47,715 nt of DNA from NCBI GenBank assembly GCA_018398765.1, contig JAHBMJ010000420.1:1-47715 (forward strand), read 5' to 3'. This document shows, piece by piece, positions 1-12,518 of the stretch. Each line of letters opens with the position of its first letter. The first letter of the stretch is position 1. The position numbers were made by a program, and so were the translations under genes. Under the pieces are notes generated by a model. That model was not told the origin of the DNA. It did no database searches and saw only the letters and a list, made by a program, of their open reading frames with translations. This DNA is from Chromera velia (taxonomy: Eukaryota).

Positions 1-1296
1 ATAAGGCGCTTCCACGCGCCTTTAAAACTACTGTCGTCTCCTTCGCCTTCAAAGTACGACATAACAACCTTACAAAGCGCAGCAAACCCTTTTGGTAAGC
101 AAGCGTCAGAGGAGTGTGGCTATCCTCCGATCTTGCCTCAAGGTCAGCACCCAGCTCAGCGAGGGTCTACACTACCTTCAGGGATCGCTCTGCATGCTTC
201 ATCGAGCGTGCGTATCTGATCACTTCGGCAACAGGAGGGTGAAGTGTCTTCTTCCCCCCCACGGTCTGTTCTGATCCATTCAGATTTGCACCCCCCCTTT
301 TGCACAGGAGATGCACGAGATTGGGGTCTCCATAGAAAGAGGCCTTCATAACGGGAGATTCTTAGCAAAGGGGAATTTGAAGGGGAGACGATTTATACGA
401 AGGGTCCGGGAAAGCGAGTGGGCAACGCGCTCCATGACTAACTAGGACTTCTGCAACATCAAAGATGAGGTAGGCTGCTTGCAGAGGGGCCAACAACTCC
501 TCTCTCTGGTTCTTCGGGGAGTGCGGACGCACCCGTTCATTCAGATTGGCCTCCTCTTTCAGCAACAGAGAGATGAGAGACGCTGGAGGCACAAAGTCTG
601 CACTGAAGGCTGCCCCTATGGGGGAACATAGCTCCTGCACCCCCGTCATTCCCTCTCCCCCTCTACCAACAATTCCTGCATTGACACCCTTCTTCAGGAG
701 TGTCTCTACACTCTTTTCTAGAAGCAAGAAGGAAGCAAGCATAAGAAGTGTACGACCATCTTGCCCCCTTCGCTGGAAATCTGCCCCAGGGGCCCTACGT
801 CTGCGAGAAGGTCAAGAACAGGAGACAGCATATCGTCTATGGCAGAAGAGACTTCAGAGATTCTCTCTGGTCTGAAATAATATAAAGAGTCGGCTGCCAT
901 TTAAATGAGAGGTGCGAATACCCCCAAAGTTAAACATCGGACTTTGTGTGGATCCGCACCCCCCCGAACTTCCAATAGAATTCTGGCCGCTTCAGCATCT
1001 TTTTTAAGGCACGCGAATTCAAATGCTGAAATGAAACTAACGTTATCAGGATCCCCAGGCATGAACGCCCCTTGCATCTTCCAGTCGAAACACCGGGTCC
1101 CCGCCTCTCTCGACGACTCAGTGAGATGCCAAAGCAGATGCAGCCCTTTTTCGCATCGGTCAAAGGCCGCTTCACCCTGACGGACCAAAGCGACAAGGTG
1201 GTCCAACAATGTTATGAGCGGCATCTGCGTGTACTTCACGGAGGGGTGTGCACCGGTTTGAAATTTGTAGGACCACCCGTACACATCGACTCGCAC
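1..1296 (-). pseudogene. Ankyrin-repeat protein pseudogene (runs off the window start)
   Basis: Ankyrin-like segments: AFEFACLKKDAEAARILLEVRGGADP, VETLLKKGVNA, APLQAAY..AEVLVSHGA, VHLLCKRGGANLN and, past a stop, LAELGADLEARSEDSHTPLTLAYQKG..VRLL. One frame from 742 downward is broken by TAA (362-364) and TAG (167-169), and there is a frame change near 720-740. Confidence 0.7.
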
Positions 1297-2619
1297 CCCT
1301 GCGTCAACTATATATCGTCTCCGCGCAATCGAAGTACCCAGCTGAAATCAACAACGATAAAAGCGGTTCGCTTTATGACGCAAACGGAAATTGGGGTGAG
1401 TGATGCTGCACAAACAGGGGGTTATCCCCAAATCACGTATCTGGCTTTACAATTCCATTTTCAAGGAATGTAGTAAGACGAGGTTACATGAGTTTGAGAA
1501 CGGATGCCACTGAAATTTCTCTAGGGTATGATACTCTGCAGACACTTTACAATATACAGAGAGTTCTAGCAGCAAAAACTGCATTTGATACATTTATTTT
1601 CACCCGTTCACATCTTTTTTTGAAGAGAAACATCTTGATATACAAGAAAAATACGTTTTCAGGGTGGTTCAAAAAAAAGGGGGGGGGTTCTGCATGGTTA
1701 CAGGTTGGGTGCTAATGTTGGTTCCAGCTCTCCATACGATAGTGGTTCTTGAACCGATGAACTCATAATGAGAACTTCTGGAACTCATCTGAACCATCAA
1801 AAATCAAAGCAATTCTTAGTTCCATAAAGTCTTTCATGCAAAAAAACTCAAAACAAAGTGAAATAAATATAATATAAGGTCTTATCATTTGGTTCAAGGG
1901 GGGGGTGTTTTAGTTCTTGAACCGCCAGAACCGGTAAATCAGAACTTTTCTTGGCACTAACATGTTTTTGAGTGTTTTTAGGTTAAAATTGTTCAAAAAC
2001 TGGTAAATTTTTCATTTTTATTTGGTTTTTTTGGTCCAATAACTACAAAAAACATGTTTTGACATGTTGATGTGTTGTATGCGGGATGAAAGGGGGGTAT
2101 TGCTAAGTGAAACTGACTAACGAGGCTCAAGAGTGTCATACCCTAGAAATTTTTTGACTCAATGGGGTGTCACCCTGACGTGTCAAGAAGTCGATACACT
2201 TGTCAGAGGTTGGAAACTTTCGAAGCACGCTGCTGAGAAGAAACGGATATCGACCAGATATTTCAATACGAAGATTTGCTAAAGCATTTTTAAGTCATCG
2301 CGTTCCAAACACAGCTCTAGGAGCTTCCATATCTCTTCTCTTTTAAAGATAGTGACAAACCCTGTACAAACACTCCCGAAACTAAGAGAGGTGGGATTAT
2401 CCCTCAAGGCCAAAAGTTCTTTCGAGATAGAGGAGATTTTCCAAAAACCCCGAGGACCAAGCACGCCGCTGGTAAAGAACAGTCGGGGGACCTCCGAGAA
2501 ACGAAAGACCTCCGAGTGCATTTTGATCGTCAGCTATGTTACACAACAGCCGATATGTTCGAGGGGCAGCCTCAAAATAGGGTATTTACAGTCGAACAGT
2601 GATCAAAGAAGAGCGCTGG

Positions 2620-2915
2620 CGATCGCTACCGTCGATCGATGATCGATCGTCGATGGAATGTCGATAGAGCAGCATGGAGCAGCTGTGAGCATTGAAGCTG
2701 CCATCATTTTCTGACTTCTTCTCGAAATTCTTATTAATAATTAATTTCCTAATTCAATGGTGCGTCATGGTGCATGCATGCGCCGCGATCGGATCGACCC
2801 TGTTTTTTTTTTGGTACGCGGCGGCGGCGGCGCGCGGGAGAGCTTCGTCGGATGGCGGCGCCGGCCGGCCGCATCATGCACTGCCGCGATCATGCACTGC
2901 CGCGGCAGTGCAATT
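2620..2915. promoter_or_regulatory. GC/palindrome-rich putative promoter of the E2-UBL gene
   Basis: GATCGATC runs, TGCATGCA, GCGCGC, a direct repeat of CATGCACTGCCGCG and a perfect 20-bp palindrome TGCACTGCCGCGGCAGTGCA at 2893-2912, about 200 bp upstream of the ATG. Confidence 0.5.
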
Positions 2916-3122
2916 AAGCTAGCACAATTGACAGCTAGTACGTCGTCACCGCCCGTCAGAGAATCTGTTGAGTGCGGACACACACAAGGTGCACGAACAG
3001 AAACCAGATAGCTGATCCAGCCCGGTGGCCTGTGCATGGTGATCTTTGCACAAGTTGATCACATCTGCTTCTGGATACCGCGTCCGTCTCCCAGTCGATC
3101 CGTCTACATCTGAATTCTCGTG

Positions 3123-4670
3123 ATGGCACGGGTCAGACTGCAGAAGGAACTGAGAGACCTAGAGGATCTCCCTCTTGTTTCAGTGTTGGTGAAGGAAGAC
3201 TACTTCAAGTGGAGAATTGAGATGAAAGGCCCCGTGGGGACTCCTTATGAGCAGAAGATTCTCTGTCTTCGTCTTGAGTTCCCGACAGATTATCCTTTCC
3301 GACCCTTCAAGATGTACTCTGTTGACGCACAGCCAAAGGAGCAAAGACTGCACTCCCACCCCTCCCTCGGTTGGGACGCTGGCTTCCCTGCTGGGTTCCC
3401 TGAGTCCCTCCTTCCCTTCTGTGGCTACACAGGAGAGGACTGGACCCCCACGATCAATGTGAGGAGAGTCCTTGTGGAGTGGTTGAGTCCTCAACTGACC
3501 GTGTGTGCCTCCCAGACCGAATTTCTCGACTACTTCAAAAACGACGGGGCGGTTGGAGTCTTCAGGGAAAGACCTGAGAGCATGCGACCGGAACTGGAAC
3601 CCCTACCACCGGGTACGCAGCCAGTCGCGGTGAACCAGTTTGGCCGCACTTTTGAGGTGGGTACATTTCATACTTTCATCATGATACGCACATACATTTT
3701 GATCTGTTGGCTGTGTGCCCTGGCATGCTGGCAGCGTTTGCAGATGGAAGTGCGTATGACTTTTACCTTTTTTTAGAAACTGAAAATTGCCCTATCTCTA
3801 TCTTGTCTTTCTCTGTTTATAGAGTAAGAGTGGCCGTGTGACTTTCATACGTAGCCATCCATTTGTTTGTGGCTGTACCGGGCCTCCCTCATTCAGCCAG
3901 CTGTGCTGCCCCTTTTACATTCTCTCACAGTTTTTGTACACCCACAATCGACAACCCAGTTTCGTTGCCCCTCGGTCAATTCTCCTCATTTTCTCTGCCC
4001 ATCCACATGTTCCTGTGGAGAGAGAGATCTCTCCGGCCTTCTTGTTCTGGTACTCACTGAATGCCTCGCTCACTTCTTTCAGGTTGGCCCTTTCCCTGCC
4101 TACGCGACTGTCTATCAATTGAAGCGCGCAGTGGAGGCCAAGGAAGGGATCCCCTCCGGATCGCAACGGCTGCTGTATGGAGACCGGGAGTTGAGAGAAG
4201 AGTGGAAACTGGAGGACTGCAACATTTATCCCTCCAGCAGTCAGAGTCCGGAAGTGACTCTCCTCCCCCGTCTGACTGTTGAATGCCGAACCGTGAAGGA
4301 GGGAAACGAGTGGCTGGTTGAGTTGGCAGAAAAGGATTGGGATGAATTCTGCAGAAGGGCTGCTGAGGTCCTCGGAGAGATGCGGAGATTGGTCTTGCGG
4401 TTATTTCTCCTTTTGCAGCAGAAACGGGCGAAGCGTGCGGATTCTGCTCAGCCGTATCATTCCCCTTCTTGGCGGACAGTGACGGGCAGCTTGTCTCCTT
4501 TCGCGGCTGCCGGCCTGATTGTGACTCTGCATCGTTGTACTGAAGGCAAAGAGGAGAGAAGACTGCATGGGAAAAGGGAGCAGGGGGATCCAGAACCTAA
4601 TCCAGAACTGCCTCTCTGCCGGGAGGTACAACTTACAGGCATCAGACAGCTTGTGACCTCCTTTCTGTAG
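3123..4670 (+). CDS. Ubiquitin-conjugating enzyme (E2/UBC)-fold protein with an inserted ubiquitin-like domain; exons 3123-3656 and 4083-4670, ~373 aa
   Basis: E2 motifs RLQKEL, W..MKGPVGTPYE, LEFPTDYPFRP, HPS, C..DWTP. A phase-0 GTGGGT..TTTCAG intron (3657-4082) joins GRTFE|VGPF and gives the ubiquitin-like ATVYQLKRAVEAKEGIPSGSQRLLYGDRELREEWKLEDCNI. Confidence 0.85.
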
Positions 4671-5427
4671 TTCCCTTCTATTAGCTGGTCCAGGGCGGGA
4701 CCTGTCATCTCTCAAAAATTCTAGCAAAAAGTTCGAATCTAGATTCAAATATATACAATTAAGCAACTAGTATTCTTGCCAACTGCTAGACCAACTCTAG
4801 AGACTAACTAAATATAAGCAGTTAACCAAAAAAAACAAATTAAAGAAATAAAAGCTGAAGTTTAAAGTTTTAATTCAAGTAAACTAATACCAGGTTGATT
4901 AACCATCTTAAATTAGTTTGTGACTGTTTGCCTCTGCACCATGCATATACTCAGTCTAGTATATATGTAGCTGAATTAACACTGAGTTCAAATCATTTTA
5001 GAGTTCTGAGTTTGTTCTATAGAGCTTGTTTCTAGCTAGTAGTCTTATTTAAAACAATGAAATTGTGTTGTCAGACTAAAATTGTAAAAAAAAAAAATTC
5101 GAGATAAATCAACAGTTATATATACTAGCAACTAGTGATAGAACCTAGGATGGAACTAGGGATGGAACTAACAGTAGTCTAACACTGGTATACAAATGAT
5201 AATTTATAGTTTTACATTACTAGTGTAATTTACCACTAGGAATTTTCTTAAGAATTTCAATGTGACTTTTAAAGCTAGTTTTAAAGCCATGGCGCACTAC
5301 AATTAGAAATAGAATTAGAGCCAAACTCATAATTTAGCTAACACTAGCCTCTTAAAGAGTTTTACTTCTGATCACGAGGGCCACCCAAGTCATACCGGAA
5401 CATGAACTTTGAATCACATAGTCTTTC

Positions 5428-6781
5428 TTAAATAATATGTTCTTCATCCACTGTAAAGAATGGCACAACATCTTGCATTGGAGGGACCTCGTCCGGCTCA
5501 TATGGTTTCAACTGCCGCGCCTCTTCAGGCTTCTTTGGTTTGTTCTTCTCCCAGTACGCTCTCAAAGTCTTGGCCTGATCCTTGATGTTGTCTGCCGCTC
5601 CCCAGTTGATCGGGGCCTTCGTCGGTAACGCCTCTGGAATGACCTCGTAGGGCGATATGAACGCGTCCTTTGACGGTTTCACGTCCTCTAGACTGCCCGG
5701 GGGGGAGGTGAAGATAGGAACGTTGTCGTATGTGACTGTGGGGGGGGTGCGGATGGGGTCCAGCTCTGTGCAGACTCGAATGACCTCATCCAGAACGGCG
5801 CGTTCTCGGATCCCTATCCACTGATCTGCACGCCCACCCATAGCCAGGCAACAATTTCATGCACTCCAATCTTCGTCTGCAACTTGAATAATTTCTCTTT
5901 CTACCTCGCTCTGTCTATGGTAGTGGATGGGTGGGTCGGCGGGTGGCGTGTGTGTGTTTGGGGGCGGCCACTCGTATAGACTTATACTTATTGTCTCATA
6001 TCTGGCTTTCGGGCTTTGTAGCCCATGGCTCTTTCCGTGCAGTTGCACGCTGGAATCGCGAAGGAAAACCGCCCCTGCAGATGAGGAATGCATTTCTGGA
6101 GAGCTCACGCGGCTTTTAAAGTGACTCCATCCCGCCCCTTTCAGCCCTTTAATCTTTCATCAAAACTGTATATACCTTCTTCGTGCTCCATCCCTTTCTG
6201 CTGGAAGGAAGAAAGGGCACCCAGTCATTCTACTGCCGTGCAAGAGAGGCAAAAAAAGGGAGATCAGAATCCCAAAATTGAGATCCAAGGAAGGAGTCAT
6301 TGCGACATACATGCACTTGAGCAGAAAGAAGAATCATCGTTTCCGACATAGAACGTCGAACAGCGATTCCGGAATGGAATCTTTCAGACACTTACCCCCT
6401 GCGCCTCTGTACTTGAGAAGCTCCACGGCCATGTTCTGAAGCTTCGAGAGGCCCTCAATATTCTTCATTGCCGCCCGGATCACCTCTTTTCGTTGGGCGG
6501 GGGTGGGAATCTGCACTCTCAGAAAGGAAGGAGAAAAGACACCCCTGTCCGAAACCAAAAGAGTCGAACGACTGCCGATGCGTGCGGGTGAGGATGAAGT
6601 AGGACTTTCTGCATTTGGGTGCAAAGTGTTTTCCACAGTCGATGCAGGAATATTTTGTCTCGGCAGATGAAGACGAGGACGAGTGGGCTCAAAGAAAAGA
6701 CGAAGGAAGAGAAAGACGCTGAGAAGGAAGGAAGGAAGGAAGGAAAGAAAGAAAGAAAGAAAGAAAGAAAAAAAGAAAGAA

Positions 6782-6818
<37 letters not shown>

Positions 6819-8864
6819 TGAATCTATTTGCAGGAAAGTGACTGAATAGGCTCAATTTTGTTCGTGTCGATTCTAATCGATCGGTTGGTTTCGGCTTTCC
6901 GGCTGACTTTGAAGAGGAAGGCGATGGTTCTGATGTAGTCAACCTTTCCGTCCTCTGTCATCTTCATCTCTGCAAGCAGACTGAGAAAGGACAGGACAGA
7001 GGAGAGGGGGTCTCCTGCATGGGTTCGGCTGCCATTTTCTCTCTTTTGAGCGCAGAACCAGAAACAAAGTACGCATCAAATAAGAGGAACTCAAAGGGCT
7101 CAAGCAACTTGGAGGGAGAGGTCTGTGCAGAGGCGGAGTGAAGTCGAAAGAGTGCGACCGGAGGAGGCTGGAAGGAAAAAAAATGAAGGCGGGAGGAAGG
7201 AGAAAAAAAAGAGAGAGGGATGTGCGTACAAGGGTCAGAGAGACGGGAACACAGGCAGGTGTAGAGGCAGGGAGACACACGGAAAGGTGTCCAGAAAAGA
7301 GACACACTGACATCCAGCGAACACTCATCCACATACACATACACATACGCGCGCACACACATACACACAGAGAGAGAGGGGGGGGAGAGAGAAAACAAAG
7401 AGCAAGAGCAAGTGCAAGAGAGAAAGAGTGTGTTCGTATATGTCTGTGTATATATCTGTGTGCGTGTGTGTGTATGTGTGTGAGATGAAGGGGGCAAAAA
7501 CAATTCGGAACCCAGGGCCGAGGAGAAACAAAGCTGTCCCGATTATTCGAAATTCTCCGTTCTTCCAAATTTTTTCCGCTCTGTCCTGTCCTCTGATGAG
7601 AATTTCTTCTCACTACCACCGGAAAGCAACAAATACGACTAATCCATTGGCTTACCGGTTTTTCAGATGTCCGAGAACGTACAAAGTTTCGGACCCCTTA
7701 GATTTGTCAGGTTCCCCCCCCGCCTCCCTGATCTGTTCTCTCTTCTGTTCCCTCAATTCTTCTGCTGCCTTCATCAGTTTGTCCAAGTACTGAAAGAAAT
7801 TTGAGTCCAAGTAGCGAGCACGACACAACTCCGCAATCTTGGCGTCGAAAGTTCCCACACCCTCCTGCGCACACACAGACAATTAATAGATTTTAGTACC
7901 AAACACGTTGAATGGATTGTGATGGCAACTCAGTGTAGGAAACAGAAGGCAGCCTTCGGGCACACAATCTCCACTTCCGCTGCCAAATAAGAGAAAGAAA
8001 GCACGGATCCGAGGCTGTTTCAGGTACATGTATGAGTCTCTCTCTCCTGTGCAGATGCATATAAATCCTCTCTCCTGGACCTCTCTGCCTGTCTTTTGTT
8101 CCGTTGGACTTTCACCGTCGTGCCTGTGATTTCATTGAGCACTGAACAGCCTGTGAAAGGACGAAAGTTGCAAGAGAAGTCAGATAACAACGGTTCAATT
8201 GCACTTGGAAGGCAGGTGAATGAAAAACGGAACCCTGGTGATCTCTTTGTTCTGAAGAATTGCTTTCCCTTCCTTTCTTTTCCTTTTTGTTTTTTTCGGG
8301 GATACCTCATTTCTTTGGTTGGCCTCCCTCTTCAAAGCCCACTCTATGATTCCCATCATTCAGCCCTTCCCTTCTTACATTGAGCGCTTCAATGATTTCC
8401 GCCAGTCTCTTCTGTGCGTACATCTCCCGCCATGCCTTTATGCGGGGGGTGAAGTATTCCTCTATCAACAAAATCTGCTGCAGTTCGTACTTATCCTTCA
8501 AGTCCGATGAGAAGTGCTTCGCTGTTTTGATCACACTCTCCCACAATTTGCCTTGCACAAGAAGATGCAAACTCTCCAGAATTGCCTCTTGAAGATCGGG
8601 ATCCTTCTCTATCTGATCCACCCCCCCTTTCAGAACTATGGCCCTGATCAAATCTGTTATGACCCCCTTCTGCGCTAGAATCTCAACCTCGGCGTTTGGA
8701 TCGTACCCCGGCATCACTTGGTACTGCAGCTGCGTCCGCTTTTCCCGCGGTGTGCGACGCAATGACATGTGTCGTCTCGGAGACGGCGAAGACTTCAGAG
8801 AGAACGGGAGTGCACCGAACAAACAACAGAACGGCAACACAAGCCGAAAGACAAAACCCGACAT
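5428..8864 (-). CDS. Uncharacterised helical protein with bipartite (signal + transit peptide) leader, probably plastid-targeted; exons 8864-8379, 7864-7656, 6980-6908, 6510-6396, 5825-5428, ~426 aa
   Basis: Four GT-AG introns with matching phases (0,2,0,1) give one open frame of 1281 nt. N-terminus MSGFVFRLVLPFCCLFGALP-FSLKSSPSPRRHMSLRR is hydrophobic, then Phe, then S/R-rich. Confidence 0.75.
6720..6815. repeat. (AAGG)n/(AAAG)n intronic microsatellite
   Basis: Seen directly. Confidence 0.9.
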
Positions 8865-9184
8865 CGCTTGGCCCGGCAAAATGGATCTGGGAAGATAAAG
8901 TCTCCAGAGTAGAGACAATCAACGAAAAACACGACAGAATGGACTTCTGAAAGTGCGGAAGAGAAAGGAAGTCACGTTGAAGGGCCAACGGTTGCCCCAA
9001 CAAATCACAATCCCTTTCCGAACACGCGCCCTTTCGCCAATGAAACAACTTGCACCCGACAATGGGAGGCAGCAATTCTGAACGAAGCACTGTCAAGCTA
9101 GGCAGAATGGTGGTGGTCATTCGGTGCTTTGACGAAGCTGACCGTGCTGCTGACGGTGAAACAGTACGACTGCTCGAAAAAGAA

Positions 9185-9310
9185 ATCGATTAATTGCGGT
9201 GGCCGTCTCCGTGGGCCCGGGCCCGCGGCGTCACGTATTTGCGGGATTCATGTGCATGCACTAAACAGTGTTAGAATCCTTCTCGGTTTTTCTCTTCGCA
9301 TGCAACGCTG
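9185..9310. promoter_or_regulatory. Putative bidirectional promoter between the plastid-targeted gene and TGS1
   Basis: GGGCCCGGGCCC, CGCGGCG and TGCATGCA between two divergent starts (8864 on -, 9419 on +). Confidence 0.45.
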
Positions 9311-9418
9311 ACGAAACTATTAAAGTGAACGTACGGCACTTCAATGATCTTCAATATATATACTTCATGTGATTCGACGCTTCATGTCTCCGTCTTGCAG
9401 AAAAATGAGTGACAAGCC

Positions 9419-12177
9419 ATGATGTCAGAGATGTCGATTGAGCCTCTCGGCTTTTGTCCCCTGAAGCCGTCTCCGAGACGGGGGGCACCGAACGGAGACG
9501 GCATGGCTGTAGAAGGAGTGAAGGAAAGAGCAGTAGATGCGTTTAGAGGTTCGTTTCTCTTTTCAAAGTACGGTGAAGGAGTGCAACTTGACGACGAGAT
9601 GATCTACTCTGTCACTCCAGAACCGGTGGCAAAACAAGTTGCACAGTTGGCGTCAGTCAAAGGGCTGATGCTGGACGCATTCACAGGGGCGGGGGGTAAT
9701 TTGATTCCTCTCACGAGCACGTGCGGTCTCGTGGTTGGCATCGACATCGAGCCCTCACGAGTGGCCATGACACGGGCCAACTACTCCGTCTACCAGGGAG
9801 CGGAGGAGGAAGAAGAAGAGAAGGGGGGAAGGGGCGGACTCTCTCCTGAGTTGCTTGTGGGGGATTTTCTTCAGATGGCTCGAATGGGATTTTGGCGGTC
9901 CGTTTTACAGCTTCTTTGTGTTTCTGCATGTGCATCTGTAGATCCGCTAGTATGTGGCCGCTGCCCCTTGCTCTCTCCTATCCTCGTCCTTCCCTCCCGA
10001 CTGCCTTCGAATTCACATACATACATGGAAAAGGAGTCGTGAAAAATGAAACTTCTTCTGTTTTTTCATGACTCTGTACTCGCTCTGCCGAGCGTCTTTG
10101 TGCGAATGTCCGTCCTTTGAATAAATGAATCCTTCTTCCTCCCAGTACGTTGGTGTCTGCGTCTTCTCCGTCTTGGCTTCACGTGTCAGTCTCCGTCAAT
10201 GCCTACAACTGTCCCACCACATTCCCCTTTTGTCTTTGGAATGAAAACTCACTTTCTGCGCTCTGCTCTTTCTCTCTTTTCCAGTCGATGGAAATGCATG
10301 CGCCCTTTCTTTTGTTCCTCAGGAAGGGTGAATTTGACGGTGTGTTCCTCTCCCCGCCCTGGGGGGGGCCCTCGTACAGTCAGAAGGAGACGGTGGGACT
10401 GGAGGACTTCCAGGTGGACGGCCGGGATGTCCTCCAGTGTGCGTTTGGTCTGTCTGCCAACGTTGCATTCTATCTGCCTCGCAATCTGTCCTCACGAGAG
10501 TTCGGGTGGATGGGGGAGGAGGCAAGGAGACGAGGCAGCAGTGGGCCCTGTGCAAAGCTCCACTTCAATAGACTCGTCACGAAGGGATGCAATATGGGGG
10601 TGATGCGGCGACAGAAGAAGGCCCAGGAGGGGGAGGACATACCGATTGACGCCCTTCTGCCTGGGCCCCAGTCGTCCAAGGCACTCACCCCGTCTCCCTC
10701 ATGGCAGTGGAGGGTCCTTGCGGTCACCTGTTTGTTTGGCAACTTCAATGCATCCTCGAGACGAGGAACGGGAACCGGGCCTTCGGGTAAAGGTCCTGGC
10801 GTGCAGAAGGAGGGGAAGAAGAAAGACACTCTGAGCAGTGCCGTGAGGGGGTGTCTGGAAAATTTGGCCGGCAACCTGCTTCAGTTGCTTGCTCTTGAAG
10901 CAGAATGGGACGAAAAGCAGAAGGGGCGTGGACGTTTGATGCTGAGCTCTGCAACCTCTCTGTGGGGATCACAGGGTGGCAGTGGTGACGGGAGATCGGG
11001 AAAGAAAAAGAAGAACAAGAAGGATCAGGAGGAGACGGGTGAATGTGAACAACGCACAACGGTGGGTCAGTCTTTGTTGGGAAATCTCCAGGTGCACCAG
11101 TTGGTTTCGGGATGTCTTGAGAGGGTTTTGGAGTCAGTGCTGGAGATGAAGAGAGACGGTGGGGGGACGGGTGAAGACGTGAGTCGGCTACCCTCTCCGT
11201 CAGGTGTAAGAGCGATCGACGGTGTCTCTCTTCCGCTGAACGGGAAGGAAGAAGAGGAGGAGGAGAGCACAGGAATGGAAGAGACAGAAATTGACGAGAG
11301 CCTTTGGGGGGCCCATGGAGAGAGGAAGAGCGGATTGTCAGGAAGGAAAGAAGGGGCTTCGGTACTCGCTTTGACCACTCGAAAGAAAGAAAAGAGGGGG
11401 GCAACGGAAGAGTACATAGCATCGTCAATTAACAAAGCATCAAGAAGGACATCTCAGAAGGATGTGAGGAAGGAGACGGAAGGCACTTCTCAGAAAAAGC
11501 AGCTAAGGTGGGAAAGGACTTTGCAGGACGAAGAAAAGGCAAGGAAGAGAAAGAGAGGATTCCTGAGTGAGGACACGCATGCAGAGATGGGAGAGGTTCT
11601 TGAGAGACGGGACGAAGGAGAAAGGGGAAGGAAGAGAGGCATCGAGGCACAGAGCCTCAAGGTGGAGGGAACGAGAGAAAAAAAAAGAAGAAAAAAAGAG
11701 AATGGAGAAGCAAACCCCGAGAGTCTGCGGAGGAAAGGAAAGCTGAAAGAGCCGGACGAAGAGAAAGAGAAAAAGGAAGAGCGAATGAGGCGGAAAGAGC
11801 GCAAACGAGAAAGAGACAAAGAAGTAGGAGCTGAGGAAGATAGAAAGAGGCCGAGAAAAGAGGTCAATGAAAACCACAGCGGGACAAAGCCTGAAGAGGA
11901 CGATTTGCGGCCGAAAAAAGGAAAGAAACTGCCGAGAGAAACAGTAACGGGCACAGATATGAAGAGTCTGAGAAAGACGAACTCCCAGACTGACCAGCGG
12001 CAACAGATGCCACTCAAGCCTGCTGCACGGTCATTCTTGAGAGATCTGTTTGCGGTTGAAATGAATCCCCAGGTGGTCTCTGAGTCCTCAAAGAAACGGG
12101 CTGTTGACCAGAAGAAGAGGGGCAAACACGAGAAAACACCATTTGTAAGGAAAGAGAAGGCGGCAGAGAATCCCTAA
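9419..12177 (+). CDS. TGS1: Trimethylguanosine synthase (RNA cap hypermethylase) with long K/R/E-rich C-terminal extension; exons 9419-9897 and 10323-12177, ~777 aa
   Basis: LFSKYGEGVQLDDEMIYSVTPEPVA, LDAFTGAGGN, GIDIEP, GDFLQ and DGVFLSPPWGGPSY are TGS1 signature motifs. A phase-2 GT-AG intron at 9898-10322 joins the two ORFs. Confidence 0.92.
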
Positions 12178-12518
12178 GAATTTCAGGCACTACTCGATCC
12201 ACAAATCCTTCAGGCTCTAGTTCAGGCTGAACATCGCTCAGTTCATTATCAAATAAATTATTTCAGAGCAAGCAAGTCTAGAAGTATCTAGAAGCAAGCA
12301 AACGGGAAAAAGATCAGGAGCAATTAATAAAAAATAGCCATGAATTTTAAGGAGTTGTAATTACATATTAGCCTAATTTGTCAGACCTAATATTAGACAT
12401 ATCTAACTTAGACTAGCTAACTAGCCGTGAAGTAAAATTATCTAGAGAAGTGAAGCTCATAATTCTATACTTAGAATTATAAACTTATTTTTTGCAGTAG
12501 TTATTATCATTATCAGAA

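Noticed and set aside
167..364. Alternative genetic code (TAA/TAG = Gln)
   Set aside because: Intact genes in the window terminate with TAG (E2-UBL, arrestin) and TAA (TGS1, plastid-targeted gene), and their long ORFs contain no in-frame TAR codons.
1660..2177. Second hAT element (CAGGGTG..CACCCTG with GGTTC/GAACC repeats)
   Set aside because: Only 7 bp of inverted match and no TSD (TACGTTTT vs ACGTGTCA). Probably a transposon relic, but the boundaries are unsupported.
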